Counted from the stretch's first letter, positions 1-11,720 are shown. The stretch: 64,000 nt of DNA from Thermodesulfobacteriota bacterium (GCA_965223335.1 OZ244991.1:896001-960000); one strand, 5' to 3'. Notes: generated by a model from the letters alone, not told the origin. Translations and numbers: made by a program.

Positions 1-2
1 CA

Positions 3-413
3 GAGTATCTGAATAAACTCTTCAAACTAGTCGATCTGGCAATAGTTGAGAGAGTTCAAACACTCTATTGGTTTCAAACCGATGGGAAACAGGGTAAAGA
101 TTATATGCACTACCAAAGACAATTTTATAATATTATCAGCAATCTCAACTCCTTAGAAGTTCCTGAGAACCTGCAGGTTGTTCATAATTTAATCACACAA
201 TCCATTGAGTCACAGAATAAATTTTTTAAAGATTGGAATAATACAATTAATTCCGGTGAAGAGTTCTTATTCGAAAGTGATCATCCGAGCATTATGAAAT
301 CGCACCAAGAACTGATTGAAGCATACAATGCTTTGATGACCATGTATCCAAATGAAAACACACAGATCAAGCAAGCATTTTACGACCATCTGTGCGTTTT
401 AGATTTCAAATAG
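3..413 (+). CDS. Hypothetical protein, 5'-truncated by the window edge
   Basis: The frame of ORF 105..413 is open back to position 3 (EYLNKLFKLVDLAIVERVQ...), so the gene starts upstream of the window; no family recognised. Confidence 0.6.
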   Translation, partial: EYLNKLFKLVDLAIVERVQTLYWFQTDGKQGKDYMHYQRQFYNIISNLNSLEVPENLQVVHNLITQSIESQNKFFKDWNNTINSGEEFLFESDHPSIMKSHQELIEAYNALMTMYPNENTQIKQAFYDHLCVLDFK

Positions 414-491
414 TTGAGTTCAGTGGGTGTGAAGTGATTGGATATTCATTGTTACTACACATCATACAGTAGTCACTGTATCACACACAAC

Positions 492-2447
492 CTACCCCTC
501 AAGGTGTTCGTATTGGTTTTTAAGGCTTTTCACCACTGTGGGGTCAGCCAGTGTGGTGGTGTCGCCGACCACACTGCCCTCTGCGATATTTCTAAGCAAC
601 CGCCTCATGATCTTGCCGCTTCTGGTCTTGGGTAGCTCCGCTGTATATATAATTTGGTCGGGTCTTGCAATGGCACCGATTTTCTTAGCGACGTGCTGTT
701 TTAGATCCCGTGTCAGTTTCATACTCGATCTTCTATCCTCTCTAAGCGTGGTAAATGCTACAATTGACTGCCCTTTTATCTCGTCTTTTTTGCCCACCAC
801 AGCCGACTCCACTACCAGAGGGTGATCCACAAGCGCACTCTCCACCTCCATTGTGCTTATCCTGTGCCCCGCTACGTTCATCACATCGTCCACCCTGCCT
901 AGCACCCATATATAGCCGTCACTATCCCTTTTGGCCCCGTCCCCGGTGAAATAGATGTTCTTATAGATGCTCCAGTACTGCTCCACATACCTCTTCGAGT
1001 CCCCATATATGTTTCTCAGCATCGAAGGCCATGGTTTTGTGATTACCAGGTAGCCTGCACCCACCTTGATCGACTTGCCCTTCTCATCCACCACGTCAAC
1101 TTCTACCCCCGGGAACGCTTTTGTAGCAGAGCCGGGTTTTAATTTTGTGATCCCCGGTAGAGGGGTAATCATTATAGAACCGGTCTCTGTCTGCCACCAC
1201 GTGTCTACGATGGGACAACTTCTATTGCCGATATTAACGTAGTACCACATCCAGGCCTCGGGATTTATGGGCTCGCCCACAGAGCCCAGCAACCTAAGCG
1301 AGCTCAGGTCATATTTATTGGGATAACCCTCGCCCCACCTCATAAACGCCCTTATAGCGGTGGGCGCTGTGTAGAATATCGTCACTCCGTACTTCTCCAC
1401 TATTGCCCAAAACCTTCCTATATCGGGGTAATCCGGTGCTCCCTCGTACATGAGACTGGTGGCCCCGTTTGCAAGAGGCCCGTATACAATGTAGCTATGC
1501 CCGGTGATCCAGCCGATATCCGCCGTGCACCAATAGGTATCTTCCTCTTTTAGATCAAACACCAACTTAGTTGTCGCCGTAGCCCCTACCAAATAACCGC
1601 CTGTAGTGTGGACGATCCCCTTGGGCTTTCCGGTCGTACCGCTCGTATAGAGGATAAAAAGCATGTCTTCGCTATCCATCCTGGCGGGTTCGCAGTAGGT
1701 CTTGGCCCCGTCCATAAGTTCGTGCCACCAATAATCCCTGTCCCTCTTCATCCTCACATTCACATCCGAACCCACGCGTTTTACGACCACTACTTTTTGG
1801 ATGGTTGGAGTGGTCTTAAGCGCTTGATCGGCATTCTTTTTTAAAGGCACAACCTTACCCCTACGATATCCGCCGTCAGATGTAATAAGTACCCGGGCTT
1901 TACAATCATTTATCCTGTCGCTAAGGCTCTCGGCGCTAAACCCCCCAAACACAATGCTGTGTGGGGCACCTATCCTCGCACACGCCAACATCGCAATGGC
2001 AAGCTCTGGGATCATGGGCAGATATATCGTGACCCTTGTTCCTTTCCTAACTCCTAATTTCTTTAATACGTTGGCAAATTTATTCACCTGCCGGTGTAGC
2101 TCCCAGTAGGTAAGCACTACACTCTCTCCGTCCTCTCCCTCCCATATGATTGCGGCCTTGTTTTTACGAGCAGTGTCCAGGTGTCTGTCGAGGCAGTTAT
2201 ACGATACGTTTAACTGCCCACCGATAAACCATTTAGCATGGGGCGGTTTCCAGCTAAGCACCTTTTTCCATTTTTGGAACCAATCCAGCTCCTTAGCAAA
2301 ACCCTCCCAAAATTTTTCAGGGTTCCTTTTTGCTTTTTTGTATATCGACTTATTATTGATATTTGCCTGCTTAGTAAATTTCTTGCTAGGCTCAAACTTA
2401 CGCCCCTCGCTCAACAGGTCCTCTATTGTCTTGTCTATATTGGCCAT
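492..2447 (-). CDS. acs: Acetate--CoA ligase (acetyl-CoA synthetase)
   Basis: [14 protein letters not shown]-binding loop, [10 protein letters not shown]-terminal [12 protein letters not shown]. Confidence 0.97.
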   Translation of the reverse strand: MANIDKTIEDLLSEGRKFEPSKKFTKQANINNKSIYKKAKRNPEKFWEGFAKELDWFQKWKKVLSWKPPHAKWFIGGQLNVSYNCLDRHLDTARKNKAAIIWEGEDGESVVLTYWELHRQVNKFANVLKKLGVRKGTRVTIYLPMIPELAIAMLACARIGAPHSIVFGGFSAESLSDRINDCKARVLITSDGGYRRGKVVPLKKNADQALKTTPTIQKVVVVKRVGSDVNVRMKRDRDYWWHELMDGAKTYCEPARMDSEDMLFILYTSGTTGKPKGIVHTTGGYLVGATATTKLVFDLKEEDTYWCTADIGWITGHSYIVYGPLANGATSLMYEGAPDYPDIGRFWAIVEKYGVTIFYTAPTAIRAFMRWGEGYPNKYDLSSLRLLGSVGEPINPEAWMWYYVNIGNRSCPIVDTWWQTETGSIMITPLPGITKLKPGSATKAFPGVEVDVVDEKGKSIKVGAGYLVITKPWPSMLRNIYGDSKRYVEQYWSIYKNIYFTGDGAKRDSDGYIWVLGRVDDVMNVAGHRISTMEVESALVDHPLVVESAVVGKKDEIKGQSIVAFTTLREDRRSSMKLTRDLKQHVAKKIGAIARPDQIIYTAELPKTRSGKIMRRLLRNIAEGSVVGDTTTLADPTVVKSLKNQYEHLEG

Positions 2448-2567
2448 GTGTACCCCCGGGAATGATATTAACTTTAGTTGTAAAGGCTATAGTAACAAAA
2501 TTTATATTTGTTTTGAAGCTACGCTGCTATACGAAAATCAATGCAGCAACTCTATTGGAAGTTGGTG

Positions 2568-4268
2568 TTAATCAAAAAACGGGGGCGGCAGTAAGGGATG
2601 TTTTTCTTTTTTGGACGATGTGCGCTGGAACTCCATCTCAGACACCAGAATGCTGGGAGCCACTGTAGACACAGGTACATAGCCCGACTCTGCTCCACAA
2701 AAACCGTTAAATATCCCATAGTCATCCCCTGTGGCCACAATCTTGTTAACGGACACAAGCGGGGTGCCTACAATCTCGATATCCCTTACCGGTGTCTCCT
2801 CTCCCGTGTCGGGATCGACCTTGTATATGACAATGGGTGTGGCCCTAAAAGCCTGAAAATTATACGACGAGGTGTTTGTTTCTCCACCCCTCATCTTCTT
2901 GATGATCAGTCCAAAGGGTTTGTTTTGTTTTTTCACCTCTTCTAGTAGGAGCTTTTTGAGCTCTTGTTTGGAGTACTGATTATCCGACTCGATAATTGTG
3001 TTGCTCATCCTCGCCATGGGGGCACGCCCGTAAGACGAGCGGCCGTGACCGTTCGATTTATCAAACCCGTTTACTGGAGTCCTCGACATCAAAAAGTTTT
3101 TTAGCACCCCGTTTTCTATAAGCACCACCCTCTGCCCGGGCACACCCTGATCATCAAAGGGATACATACCCATAAGATGCGTGCCGTTATAGCTGCCTAA
3201 TGTCGGGTCGTCTATCATCGAGAGAAATTCAGGGATTATTTTCTTGCCCACCTTCTCTTTAAAGGTCTGCCCCTCGTTGTCATCTATCTGGCGCTCACCC
3301 TCGAGCCTGTGTCCAAGCGCCTCATGAAACACCACACCCGCTGCCTCGGGCTCAAGCAACACTGGCACAGTAAGGGGCTGGAGCGGGGCCGCATTGCTCA
3401 TTGCTATAGTTTCATCCATCATCTCCCGCAGTTCTTTTTTAATATTCTCAGGGGTGGGAATCTCGTCGTTACTCACAAAATACATACTCCTTGTGTTCGT
3501 GATAGTTTTTCCGTCTTTGGTCCTGGCCACAGCCTCCGCATCTATCGAGTAGAGTATCTCGTCCCGTATGTAACGGCTCCCCTCCGAGTTTACAAAATAC
3601 ACGGTCTCCTTTTGCGCCGTGATGGTAACACTCGAGTCCAATAGCTCCTTATATTCCTTGTAGACCGACGATATATCTCTAATATTCTCTTCCCACTTCT
3701 TTTCATTGAACTCTAGACCCAGCTGCGGGCCGTAATACACATGGGTCTTTTCTTTGGTAAAACTCGGGATCTCTTCGACCTTAACCTCCTGCACACTATC
3801 GGCCTTCTTGTTGAAATACTGTTTTAACGCCTCTTTGTAGGTGTAGTCCGTCACCTGCCATAGCACGGTTTTGATTGCGTCGGGATCGTTATCGATCGGG
3901 ATGTACGACGCGTCGTGGAAGGGAAACTTCCCCCCTGACCTCCCACGTATGGAATTATCAAACTCATAGTCCCCAACCCTTACATCCACAAACAACCTTC
4001 TGGTACGGTTCTTGTCGGAAGATAGAATCGCCCCGTATTTCCCATGAATTATCGTGTACTCGTTGTCCTTTATCTGGTAGCTGATGTAGTAGAGCGGGTC
4101 GTAATCACCAAGTTTAAGCTTGTTTTGCGAACGCTTTAGCTCCTGTTCCATGGCGGTCAACACAACCGTATCAGACCTCACTTGGTCGGCCCTGGAAATA
4201 TTGCTCAGCAAAGCAGACACGATGAACAAACTCGCAGCAAGCAAACAAATTTTATAAACTCGGAACAT
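2568..4268 (-). CDS. TldD/PmbA-family metalloprotease with N-terminal signal peptide
   Basis: HEALGHRLEG zinc motif, SNGHGR...PMARMSN, GFCGAESGYVPVS. Start uncertain (ATG 4268 or 4283, or TTG 4301); hydrophobic signal ending SRA. Confidence 0.85.
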   Translation of the reverse strand: MFRVYKICLLAASLFIVSALLSNISRADQVRSDTVVLTAMEQELKRSQNKLKLGDYDPLYYISYQIKDNEYTIIHGKYGAILSSDKNRTRRLFVDVRVGDYEFDNSIRGRSGGKFPFHDASYIPIDNDPDAIKTVLWQVTDYTYKEALKQYFNKKADSVQEVKVEEIPSFTKEKTHVYYGPQLGLEFNEKKWEENIRDISSVYKEYKELLDSSVTITAQKETVYFVNSEGSRYIRDEILYSIDAEAVARTKDGKTITNTRSMYFVSNDEIPTPENIKKELREMMDETIAMSNAAPLQPLTVPVLLEPEAAGVVFHEALGHRLEGERQIDDNEGQTFKEKVGKKIIPEFLSMIDDPTLGSYNGTHLMGMYPFDDQGVPGQRVVLIENGVLKNFLMSRTPVNGFDKSNGHGRSSYGRAPMARMSNTIIESDNQYSKQELKKLLLEEVKKQNKPFGLIIKKMRGGETNTSSYNFQAFRATPIVIYKVDPDTGEETPVRDIEIVGTPLVSVNKIVATGDDYGIFNGFCGAESGYVPVSTVAPSILVSEMEFQRTSSKKEKHPLLPPPFFD

Positions 4269-4336
4269 CCCTATATATCTCATATGATTTACCCGGGGCA
4301 ATTCGAAATATATCTATATTAAGTCTAACCACTAAC

Positions 4337-5041
4337 TCAGAGATTGGGGATAATTTTCATCAAATTGAGAAAAAGACTATCTGATGCCCTCTTTCGATCG
4401 AAGTTATGAAATTTTATAAACGACCACAAGTACTTCGGATTTTTAGTAAAATATATCAGTGCTTTTCGGCTATCCACCCTCCCGTTCTCCCCATAGAGTG
4501 CACCCATGTCTGGCAGACTTTGCGAGGCCATGTCAGACACAGACCTTATACATGCCACATGTGTAGTGCTTTGTATTGCAGCCTCCACCACACCCCATGT
4601 CTCCATATCCACACATAGCGCATTTGTCATTTTGTAGAGCCTTTGTTTGTCCTCTTTTTGATCAATAAACCTGTTCTCTGTTAGTATCGCCCCCTTCGCA
4701 CAGCTAATAGACTCAATGTCATGGTAAAGGTCATATTGATTCTCTTTTATTACACTAATCGCTTTAGTCCCGATAAACATATCCCCAACGCGCATATCTT
4801 CCACCAGCGCACCGCAATGACCTGTGGATACTATCAAAGAAGGTTTATGCTTCTGGATAAGTAGGCTAGCTGCTTTCCTTGCCCGCTTAATACCCACACC
4901 CGATTTACAAATTGCCACTTCCTTATTTAATAACTGTCCCATTAACAGTTCAGCTCCCCCCAGATCATTATGATTGGGGTTACTAATCCGGTCCCTAAGC
5001 CCCCAGACCTCTTCCCATGTAGCAGTGATAAGTGCGATCAA
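4337..5041 (-). CDS. Nucleoside phosphorylase / MTA-SAH nucleosidase fold, HpnG-like
   Basis: SGVG, STGHCGAL, VDMET, IRSVSD motifs; C-terminal extension LPD...NGRVD...KNP resembles hopanoid-associated HpnG. Confidence 0.75.
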   Translation of the reverse strand: MIALITATWEEVWGLRDRISNPNHNDLGGAELLMGQLLNKEVAICKSGVGIKRARKAASLLIQKHKPSLIVSTGHCGALVEDMRVGDMFIGTKAISVIKENQYDLYHDIESISCAKGAILTENRFIDQKEDKQRLYKMTNALCVDMETWGVVEAAIQSTTHVACIRSVSDMASQSLPDMGALYGENGRVDSRKALIYFTKNPKYLWSFIKFHNFDRKRASDSLFLNLMKIIPNL

Positions 5042-5058
5042 GACTGTGATCTCCAGTG

Positions 5059-5880
5059 TTAAGGCAGAGCTTTAGTCGAACGAGAGAGAAACAGGAACAC
5101 TATGACAAGTGACAGTACAACTCGGTACACAACAAACGCTGTGTAGCTCTCACGTCTTACGAATCGAAGCAGGTATTTCATAGCCAGAAAAGCAAAAATC
5201 GCCGATGTCAAAACCCCGACTATAAATGGCGTGCTGGTTACCATGCTTACATCGATCTTCCTCGCTTCGTACACAGCTGCACCCGCTATTAGAGGTGCGC
5301 CTAGCAAAAATGAAAATTTCGCAGCCTCATCCCGCTTAAACCCCCTAAACAGCCCACCCGTGATAGTTATACCCGACCTCGATACCCCGGGTATCACAGC
5401 TATGGCCTGTGCGGCCCCTATAATTAAGCAATCAACCAAATTCATCCCCATCACCGACCTCTCTCGCCGTGAGTACCTATCGGCTATAAAAAGCAGTATT
5501 CCAAAAAATGTAAGAGAGCCGGCTATGAACATAGGGTGGCGTAAGATGCCCGACGCGTGTTCCTCGAGCAACACACCTGAAATCGCACCGGGTACAGTGG
5601 CTATCAAAATGTATAGGCCGACTTGCCCCTGGGGCCTCCCGCTCATACTCCCCGAGAATACACCCTGCAAAAACTCTGTGATTATCTCGACCCAGTCCCG
5701 CCAGAAATACCCGATGATTGCAAACAAACTGCCCACATGGAGCGCGACATTAAAGGCAAGCCCTTCGTCTTTCCAACCCACTATCCAAGGGAGCAGGGCC
5801 AGGTGAGCAGTACTGCTTATAGGCAGGAATTCAGTTATACCCTGAAGAGCCCCAAGAATGATTGATTCCAATAAACTCAA
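5059..5880 (-). CDS. uppP: Undecaprenyl-diphosphate phosphatase (BacA)
   Basis: QGITEFLPISSTAHL and PGVSRSG motifs; multi-TM protein. Confidence 0.96.
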   Translation of the reverse strand: MSLLESIILGALQGITEFLPISSTAHLALLPWIVGWKDEGLAFNVALHVGSLFAIIGYFWRDWVEIITEFLQGVFSGSMSGRPQGQVGLYILIATVPGAISGVLLEEHASGILRHPMFIAGSLTFFGILLFIADRYSRRERSVMGMNLVDCLIIGAAQAIAVIPGVSRSGITITGGLFRGFKRDEAAKFSFLLGAPLIAGAAVYEARKIDVSMVTSTPFIVGVLTSAIFAFLAMKYLLRFVRRESYTAFVVYRVVLSLVIVFLFLSRSTKALP

Positions 5881-5906
5881 TTAATATAAACACCTAAGTG
5901 TCGGCT

Positions 5907-8711
5907 TTAGCTGGCCAACACTTCCTTTAGAAAATTTCCTGTGTACGATTCCCCCACTCTCGATACCTGTTCGGGTGTACCGGTGGCAACTACCCTGCCT
6001 CCATGATCTCCTCCCTCGGGACCCAAATCAATTATATAGTCTGCAGATTTTATTACATCTAAATTATGCTCGATCACAATTATCGTGTTTCCTTTCTCTA
6101 CAAGCTTCTCTATGACCAATAATAGCTTTTTTACATCGTCAAAATGCAGGCCTATCGTGGGTTCGTCGAGGATATAAATCGTGTTCCCCGTGCTTCGCCG
6201 CGAGAGCTCTTTGGCCAGTTTAATACGCTGCGCCTCACCGCCCGATAATGTAGTAGCCGGCTGGCCGAGCCTAATGTATCCCAAACCCACATCATCGAGG
6301 ACCTCGAGCTTAGACTTCAGCTGCGGGATGTTCTTAAAGAACTCGAGTGCTTCACTCACAGTCATCTCTAGAACATCCGAGATGCTCTTATTCTTATACT
6401 TGATATGCAGGGTCTCGGAATTATATCTTTTACCCCCGCACTGCTCACACAACACATAGACGTCGGGCAGAAAATGCATCTCTATCTTTACACTGCCGTG
6501 CCCTTTGCACCCCCCGCATCTGCCGTCCTTCACGTTGAAGCTAAACCTGCCCGCTTTGTATCCCCTCATCTGCGCCTGGGGCAGCATTGCAAACAGGTCT
6601 CTGATGGCACCGAACAGCCCTGTATATGTGGCGGGATTAGATCTTGGGGTTCTTCCGATTGGTGTCTGCTCGACGTTTACAATCTTATCAATCGACCCGG
6701 CTCCGTCTATACTCGCAAAACCGGCAACTTTATGCTTGCTCCTATAAAGCTCTTTACTGAGTGCTGCGTAAAGAGTGTCTATTACCAGCGTGCTTTTCCC
6801 CGACCCCGACACCCCGGTTACACAGGTAAACACCCCTTTGGGAATGCGAATATCTATGTTTTTTAGGTTATGTCCCGACGCCTTTTTTATGGTTATATAC
6901 CCCTTTGGTTTTTTCCTCTTTTTGGGTACCGGTATCGACAACTTACCGGTCAGGTAGTCGACCGTAAGTGACTTCTTTGACCGTAGAATCTTACGTAGCC
7001 CGCCGCTTGCAACTAGCTTTCCACCATGCTCTCCCGCCCCCGGGCCCACATCCACCATATAGTCCGAGTTCCTAATGGTATCCTCATCGTGCTCGACCAC
7101 CACTATGGTATTGCCGCTGTCCCTAAGCGACTTGAGTGTGCGTATAAGTTTCTTGTTGTCCCTGGGGTGAAGCCCGATCGTTGGCTCATCCAGCACATAT
7201 GTGATCCCGGTTAGCTTAGAACCCACCTGGGTCGCGAGTCTTATGCGCTGTGCCTCGCCGCCCGAGAGTGAGGGCGAAGATCTATGGAGCGTCAGATACC
7301 CAAGCCCCACATCATGCATAAAACTCAACCGGGACTCGATCTCCAACAAGATCCTCTCCGCTATCCGCTGGTCCCTGTCCGATAACCTAAGGTCCCTAAA
7401 AAAACCGAGACAGCTGTCTATAGGGATCAAAGTGAGCTCAAATATAGATTTACCGTCAACAAGCACCGATAACGACTCTTTTTTAAGCCTAGCACCATTG
7501 CACTCAGGACAGGTCGCCCTGTTCATGTACTCAAATAACCTTTCCTTTACTTCGTATGATTCGGTCTCCGCGTACCATTCTTCGATGGTGCCCAAAACCC
7601 CTTTAAAACTGTCCTTGTAACCGATGCTCCGTCTCTTGCGCCTCTTGGTATGATTTATTTGCGTCTTGCCGGTCCCCTCGAGAATGATCTTCTTTATCTT
7701 GCTAGGAAGTTTGCAAAATGTCGTGTCCAAGTCGAACCCGTAGTGCTCGGCAAGGTTCACCATAACCTGTTTGAAATAGCCCGAGTTCTTCCAGGGTTTT
7801 ATTGCCCCATCGTTTATTGATAATTTGCTGTCGATAATTAATTCTGGGTCGAAAAATGACTTATACCCCAAACCCTGGCAGTCTGTGCAAGCCCCATAGG
7901 GGCTATTGAACGAAAACAGGCGCGGGGATATCTCGGGGTAACTGATACCGCACTTGCCGCACGAGAACTTCTCGCTCAAAGTAAGCTGCCGGCCGTTATC
8001 GGTCTCTACCGACACTATCCCACCCGACCGTTTTAAAGCGAGCATGATTGATTCCTCCACCCGTTCTGCTACTTCTTTGCCTCGAAGCTCTATCACATCC
8101 ACCAAGAGCTCTATCGTGTGTCGTTTTTGACGGTCAAGTGTTATCTCATCGTCTAAATTCCTTATCTCGCCGTCTATCCTTGCCCGCAGGTAGCCCTCTT
8201 GTGCAAGGTCCCCGAGCTCCTTTCTGTACTCTCCCTTTCGCCCCTGAATTACGGGCGAATAGATGGTGACCTTCCCTCCTTTCCCTATATCCAGCACCTT
8301 TTCTGTCATGGCCCGGGGGCTTTGTGCCGCTATTTCGCTCCCGCAGTTATAGCAGTGTGGCACCCCTACACTCGAAAACAAGAGGCGCAGGAAGTCATAG
8401 ATCTCGGTCGTGGTACCCACGGTGGATCGCGGGTTTCGCTGAAACGTTTTTTGATCTACTGCGATTGAGGGCGATAAACCCTCTAGCGAATCGACATCGG
8501 GTTTATCTATTTTTTCTACAAACTGTCTGGCATAGGCCGAGAGCGATTCCATGTAGCGCCGCTGTCCCTCTGCAAATATCGTGTCAAAGGCCAGTGACGA
8601 CTTACCCGAACCGCTTATACCCGTGACCACAACAATCTTGCCGCGCGGTATCCGCACGTTCAGATCTTTAAGGTTATGCTCTCGTGCACCTGTGACTTTA
8701 ATCGAATCCAA
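5907..8711 (-). CDS. uvrA: Excinuclease ABC subunit A
   Basis: Two Walker A motifs ([18 protein letters not shown]), LSGGEAQRI twice, zinc-finger CxxC pairs. Confidence 0.98.
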   Translation of the reverse strand: MDSIKVTGAREHNLKDLNVRIPRGKIVVVTGISGSGKSSLAFDTIFAEGQRRYMESLSAYARQFVEKIDKPDVDSLEGLSPSIAVDQKTFQRNPRSTVGTTTEIYDFLRLLFSSVGVPHCYNCGSEIAAQSPRAMTEKVLDIGKGGKVTIYSPVIQGRKGEYRKELGDLAQEGYLRARIDGEIRNLDDEITLDRQKRHTIELLVDVIELRGKEVAERVEESIMLALKRSGGIVSVETDNGRQLTLSEKFSCGKCGISYPEISPRLFSFNSPYGACTDCQGLGYKSFFDPELIIDSKLSINDGAIKPWKNSGYFKQVMVNLAEHYGFDLDTTFCKLPSKIKKIILEGTGKTQINHTKRRKRRSIGYKDSFKGVLGTIEEWYAETESYEVKERLFEYMNRATCPECNGARLKKESLSVLVDGKSIFELTLIPIDSCLGFFRDLRLSDRDQRIAERILLEIESRLSFMHDVGLGYLTLHRSSPSLSGGEAQRIRLATQVGSKLTGITYVLDEPTIGLHPRDNKKLIRTLKSLRDSGNTIVVVEHDEDTIRNSDYMVDVGPGAGEHGGKLVASGGLRKILRSKKSLTVDYLTGKLSIPVPKKRKKPKGYITIKKASGHNLKNIDIRIPKGVFTCVTGVSGSGKSTLVIDTLYAALSKELYRSKHKVAGFASIDGAGSIDKIVNVEQTPIGRTPRSNPATYTGLFGAIRDLFAMLPQAQMRGYKAGRFSFNVKDGRCGGCKGHGSVKIEMHFLPDVYVLCEQCGGKRYNSETLHIKYKNKSISDVLEMTVSEALEFFKNIPQLKSKLEVLDDVGLGYIRLGQPATTLSGGEAQRIKLAKELSRRSTGNTIYILDEPTIGLHFDDVKKLLLVIEKLVEKGNTIIVIEHNLDVIKSADYIIDLGPEGGDHGGRVVATGTPEQVSRVGESYTGNFLKEVLAS

Positions 8712-8780
8712 GACGTGTTAAGTTTACCCGTTTATCGGAAAGGGTTTAGACCCAATAGTATTACTCAATCAACTGTAATG

Positions 8781-9863
8781 TTACTTGCCGCGAAACGATG
8801 TGATGTCGCTTACGGTCTTTGCGTCCAACTTCATGAGTATTGCCTGGAGCAGCTTAACGGTGTTATCGAAATCGTCCCTGTTAATGATGGCATGGTGGCT
8901 ATGAATGTGTCGTGTGGGAACACCGAGCACGACTGTTGGTACACCGTTTTTGTGCAGGTGGATCACTGAGCCATCGGTGGCACCACCCTCCATAGTAGTG
9001 AACTGAAGCGGTATCTTAGACTTCTTTGCCGTATCCATCACGAGGTCACGCAGCTTTAGGTTTGGAATCATCCTGGCGTCATAGAGGAGCATAGAGGGCC
9101 CGCCCCCGAGCCTGGTAGAGGACTCGTCGGGCTTTATCCCAGGTACATCCCCCGCAATATCCGACTCGAGAATAATTGCGACATCGGGGCTAACCATCTC
9201 GACACTCGTATTCGCACCCCTTACACCCACCTCCTCCTGCACAGTCGCAACTCCGTATACGGCGTTTGGGCTCCGTTTTTTCTTAAGCCCCTCCATAGCC
9301 GAGATCATCACCGCACAACCCACACGGTCATCAAACGCCTTACACATATAGGTTTTGGGATTAGACAGCACCGTGAACTCACTGTAAGGCACCACTGGGT
9401 CGCCCACAGCCACACCCGCCGCCTCAACATCCTTATCCGACATAGCACCTATATCTATGTACATCTGCTTGTTGGTAACTACCTTGTTCCTCTCTTCTTG
9501 CGCAAGCAGGTGCGGGGGCTTGGCACCTATCACACCCGCTACATCTCCCTTAGAGGTTTTAATGGTTACCCTCTGGGCCAAAAGCACCTGGTCCCACCAA
9601 CCGCCTAGTGTAGTAAATTTTATGAAGCCTTCACTCGATATGTGCTTAACCATAAACCCTATCTCGTCCATATGCCCGGCCAGCATCACCTTGGGTTTGG
9701 TTTTTTGTCCCGATCTTTTACAGATCACACTCCCCATATTGTCCTGTGTAAGCGTGCCGAGCGGTTTTAGGTGTCGGCGAATAACTGCACGAACCTCTGT
9801 CTCGTACCCCGACACTCCGTCAGCTTCGGTCAGTTCTTTTAGCAATTTTTCTGCCTTATTCAT
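8781..9863 (-). CDS. M42-family metallopeptidase
   Basis: AGHMDEIG, KAFDDRVG, VQEEVG, GGATDG, RHIHS. Confidence 0.93.
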   Translation of the reverse strand: MNKAEKLLKELTEADGVSGYETEVRAVIRRHLKPLGTLTQDNMGSVICKRSGQKTKPKVMLAGHMDEIGFMVKHISSEGFIKFTTLGGWWDQVLLAQRVTIKTSKGDVAGVIGAKPPHLLAQEERNKVVTNKQMYIDIGAMSDKDVEAAGVAVGDPVVPYSEFTVLSNPKTYMCKAFDDRVGCAVMISAMEGLKKKRSPNAVYGVATVQEEVGVRGANTSVEMVSPDVAIILESDIAGDVPGIKPDESSTRLGGGPSMLLYDARMIPNLKLRDLVMDTAKKSKIPLQFTTMEGGATDGSVIHLHKNGVPTVVLGVPTRHIHSHHAIINRDDFDNTVKLLQAILMKLDAKTVSDITSFRGK

Positions 9864-10105
9864 ATCGATTGAGCTCCTTTTGGGCCTGGATTATATCCAT
9901 TGATACCTTGTGCAATTAGCACGAGCGTAGAAGTATCACCGTATCCAGTTTGTTTATCAACAAGCTGATCTGCTCTCAAACCTAGATGCGCAGCGCAATA
10001 TAAAAGCAAATTAAAATGTTTTAAATTTCGATACTATTAGCCGCTACTTTGTGATATGATTGTAAATTCGGAGCCAAGAACTTTTAATAAAGAGGTTAGA
10101 TTATT

Positions 10106-10342
10106 ATGAGAAGGGACCTAGGGACAATCTCGTTCTACGGGGTTGTATTGTATCTGTTATTTACAGCTGATGGGTATTCGTACATAGACCCCGGAAGCGG
10201 CAGCATTGTAATTCAGGTTCTCATTGCCAGTTTGCTAGGACTCCTTACTATGCTTAGAATCTATTGGGCAAAGGTAAAGAGCATCTTTAGCGGATCCTCG
10301 GATCAAACAGTGCAGGGTGATGAGATCGATGACAATACATAA
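10106..10342 (+). CDS. Small membrane protein with YIDPGSGS motif
   Basis: Signal-like N-terminus, YIDPGSGS, a TM helix, basic residues and an acidic tail; GAGG RBS; stop overlaps the next gene. Confidence 0.8.
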   Translation: MRRDLGTISFYGVVLYLLFTADGYSYIDPGSGSIVIQVLIASLLGLLTMLRIYWAKVKSIFSGSSDQTVQGDEIDDNT

Positions 10343-11714
10343 GCTGCCGAGTTCTTTTAGAGACCCAAGCGGTTTTTTATACACCGAGAACGACACCGTT
10401 TACCGTCAGGTGAACGAGTGCTATCGGGATAGCTATGATTTACTCAAATCATCGGGACTCTACGACTCACTCGTAGATGGGTCCATGCTCATCCCCCACG
10501 ACGAGGTAAATGACCGTCTCAACGGCAGTGAGCATACATACAAGGTTTTACACCCCCAGCAGCTTGACTTCATATCATATCCCTACGAGTGGTGCTTTAG
10601 CCAATACAAAGACGCTGCACTCCTAACACTTGGTATTCAAAAGAGGGCGATGGATCACGGAATGTGCCTTAAAGATGCAAGCGCTTACAACGTCCAGTTT
10701 GTAAAGGGCAAACCCATTTTCATAGACACACTCTCATTCGAACCCTACAACGAAGGGGACCCCTGGGTAGCCTATGGACAGTTCTGCAGGCATTTCCTAG
10801 CCCCTCTCGCGCTCATGAGCTTAAGGGATATACGCCTTGGGGCACTGATGAAAACCTATATAGACGGCATTCCTCTTGACCTTGTAAGCTCGCTCCTACC
10901 CTTTAGCTCAAAACTCAAATTCTCAATTCTCTCCCACATCCATCTGCATGCCAAAGCCGAAAAAAAATATGAAAAATCCGAGGGACAAAATAAAAAAGCT
11001 CGGATGAGCAAATATGGACTCACAGGAATAATAGACAACTTAATATCAGGCATTGAAGGCCTCAAATGGACCCCCGGCGGTACGGAGTGGGCAGAGTACT
11101 ATGACGAGACCAACTACTCGGACAGTGCTCTCAATTCGAAAAGAGAGTTAGTCAGTTCGTATGTGAATCAGTTGGGAAAGATTCAGAGGGCCTGGGACCT
11201 GGGTGCCAATACCGGTGAATTTTCAAGGGTAGTTAGCAAGCTCGGTATTGATATCGTGTCATTCGATATAGATCCCGCTGCTGTCGAAAAAAACTACCTG
11301 CAAGTGTGCAAGGATAACGAACAGAACATTCTGCCTCTGCTAAATGACCTCACAAACCCGTCCCCCGACATAGGCTGGGCCAATCAGGAGCGGGCATCGC
11401 TAAACGCTAGGGGCCCTGTGGACTTGGTGCTGGCCCTTGCCCTGGTACACCACCTTGCGATTTCCAATAACGTCCCGCTATACGACATAGCAAATTATTT
11501 CTCGAGACTATGCACACACTTAATCATAGAGTTCGTGCCCAAAGACGACTCAAAGGTGCAGTTTCTCCTCGAAACTCGTAACGACATATTCGATAGATAC
11601 ACGCAATCGGACTTTGAAAAAGAGTTCTCCGAGTTTTTTGAGATCACGGCCAAATCCCCCGTAGCCGAATCCACACGTATAATCTATTTGATGAGATCCA
11701 AACCGAGAGATTAA
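10329..11714 (+). CDS. NoeA-like protein: N-terminal kinase-like domain plus C-terminal class I SAM methyltransferase
   Basis: SFRDPSG start, SYPYEW, LKDASAYNVQF...FIDTLSF (DxxxxN...D), WDLGANTGEFS glycine loop, LALVHHL. Confidence 0.8.
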   Translation: MTIHKLPSSFRDPSGFLYTENDTVYRQVNECYRDSYDLLKSSGLYDSLVDGSMLIPHDEVNDRLNGSEHTYKVLHPQQLDFISYPYEWCFSQYKDAALLTLGIQKRAMDHGMCLKDASAYNVQFVKGKPIFIDTLSFEPYNEGDPWVAYGQFCRHFLAPLALMSLRDIRLGALMKTYIDGIPLDLVSSLLPFSSKLKFSILSHIHLHAKAEKKYEKSEGQNKKARMSKYGLTGIIDNLISGIEGLKWTPGGTEWAEYYDETNYSDSALNSKRELVSSYVNQLGKIQRAWDLGANTGEFSRVVSKLGIDIVSFDIDPAAVEKNYLQVCKDNEQNILPLLNDLTNPSPDIGWANQERASLNARGPVDLVLALALVHHLAISNNVPLYDIANYFSRLCTHLIIEFVPKDDSKVQFLLETRNDIFDRYTQSDFEKEFSEFFEITAKSPVAESTRIIYLMRSKPRD

Positions 11715-11720
11715 CAACAG

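Noticed and set aside
464..481. Hairpin ATACAGT-AGTC-ACTGTAT between convergent genes
   Set aside because: AT-rich stem with no U-tract; too weak to call a terminator.
5231..5806. Long antisense ORFs (191 aa here; also 41350..41895, 57628..58176, 27129..27584 and others)
   Set aside because: They lie opposite well-supported genes and have no motifs or RBS; typical shadow ORFs.
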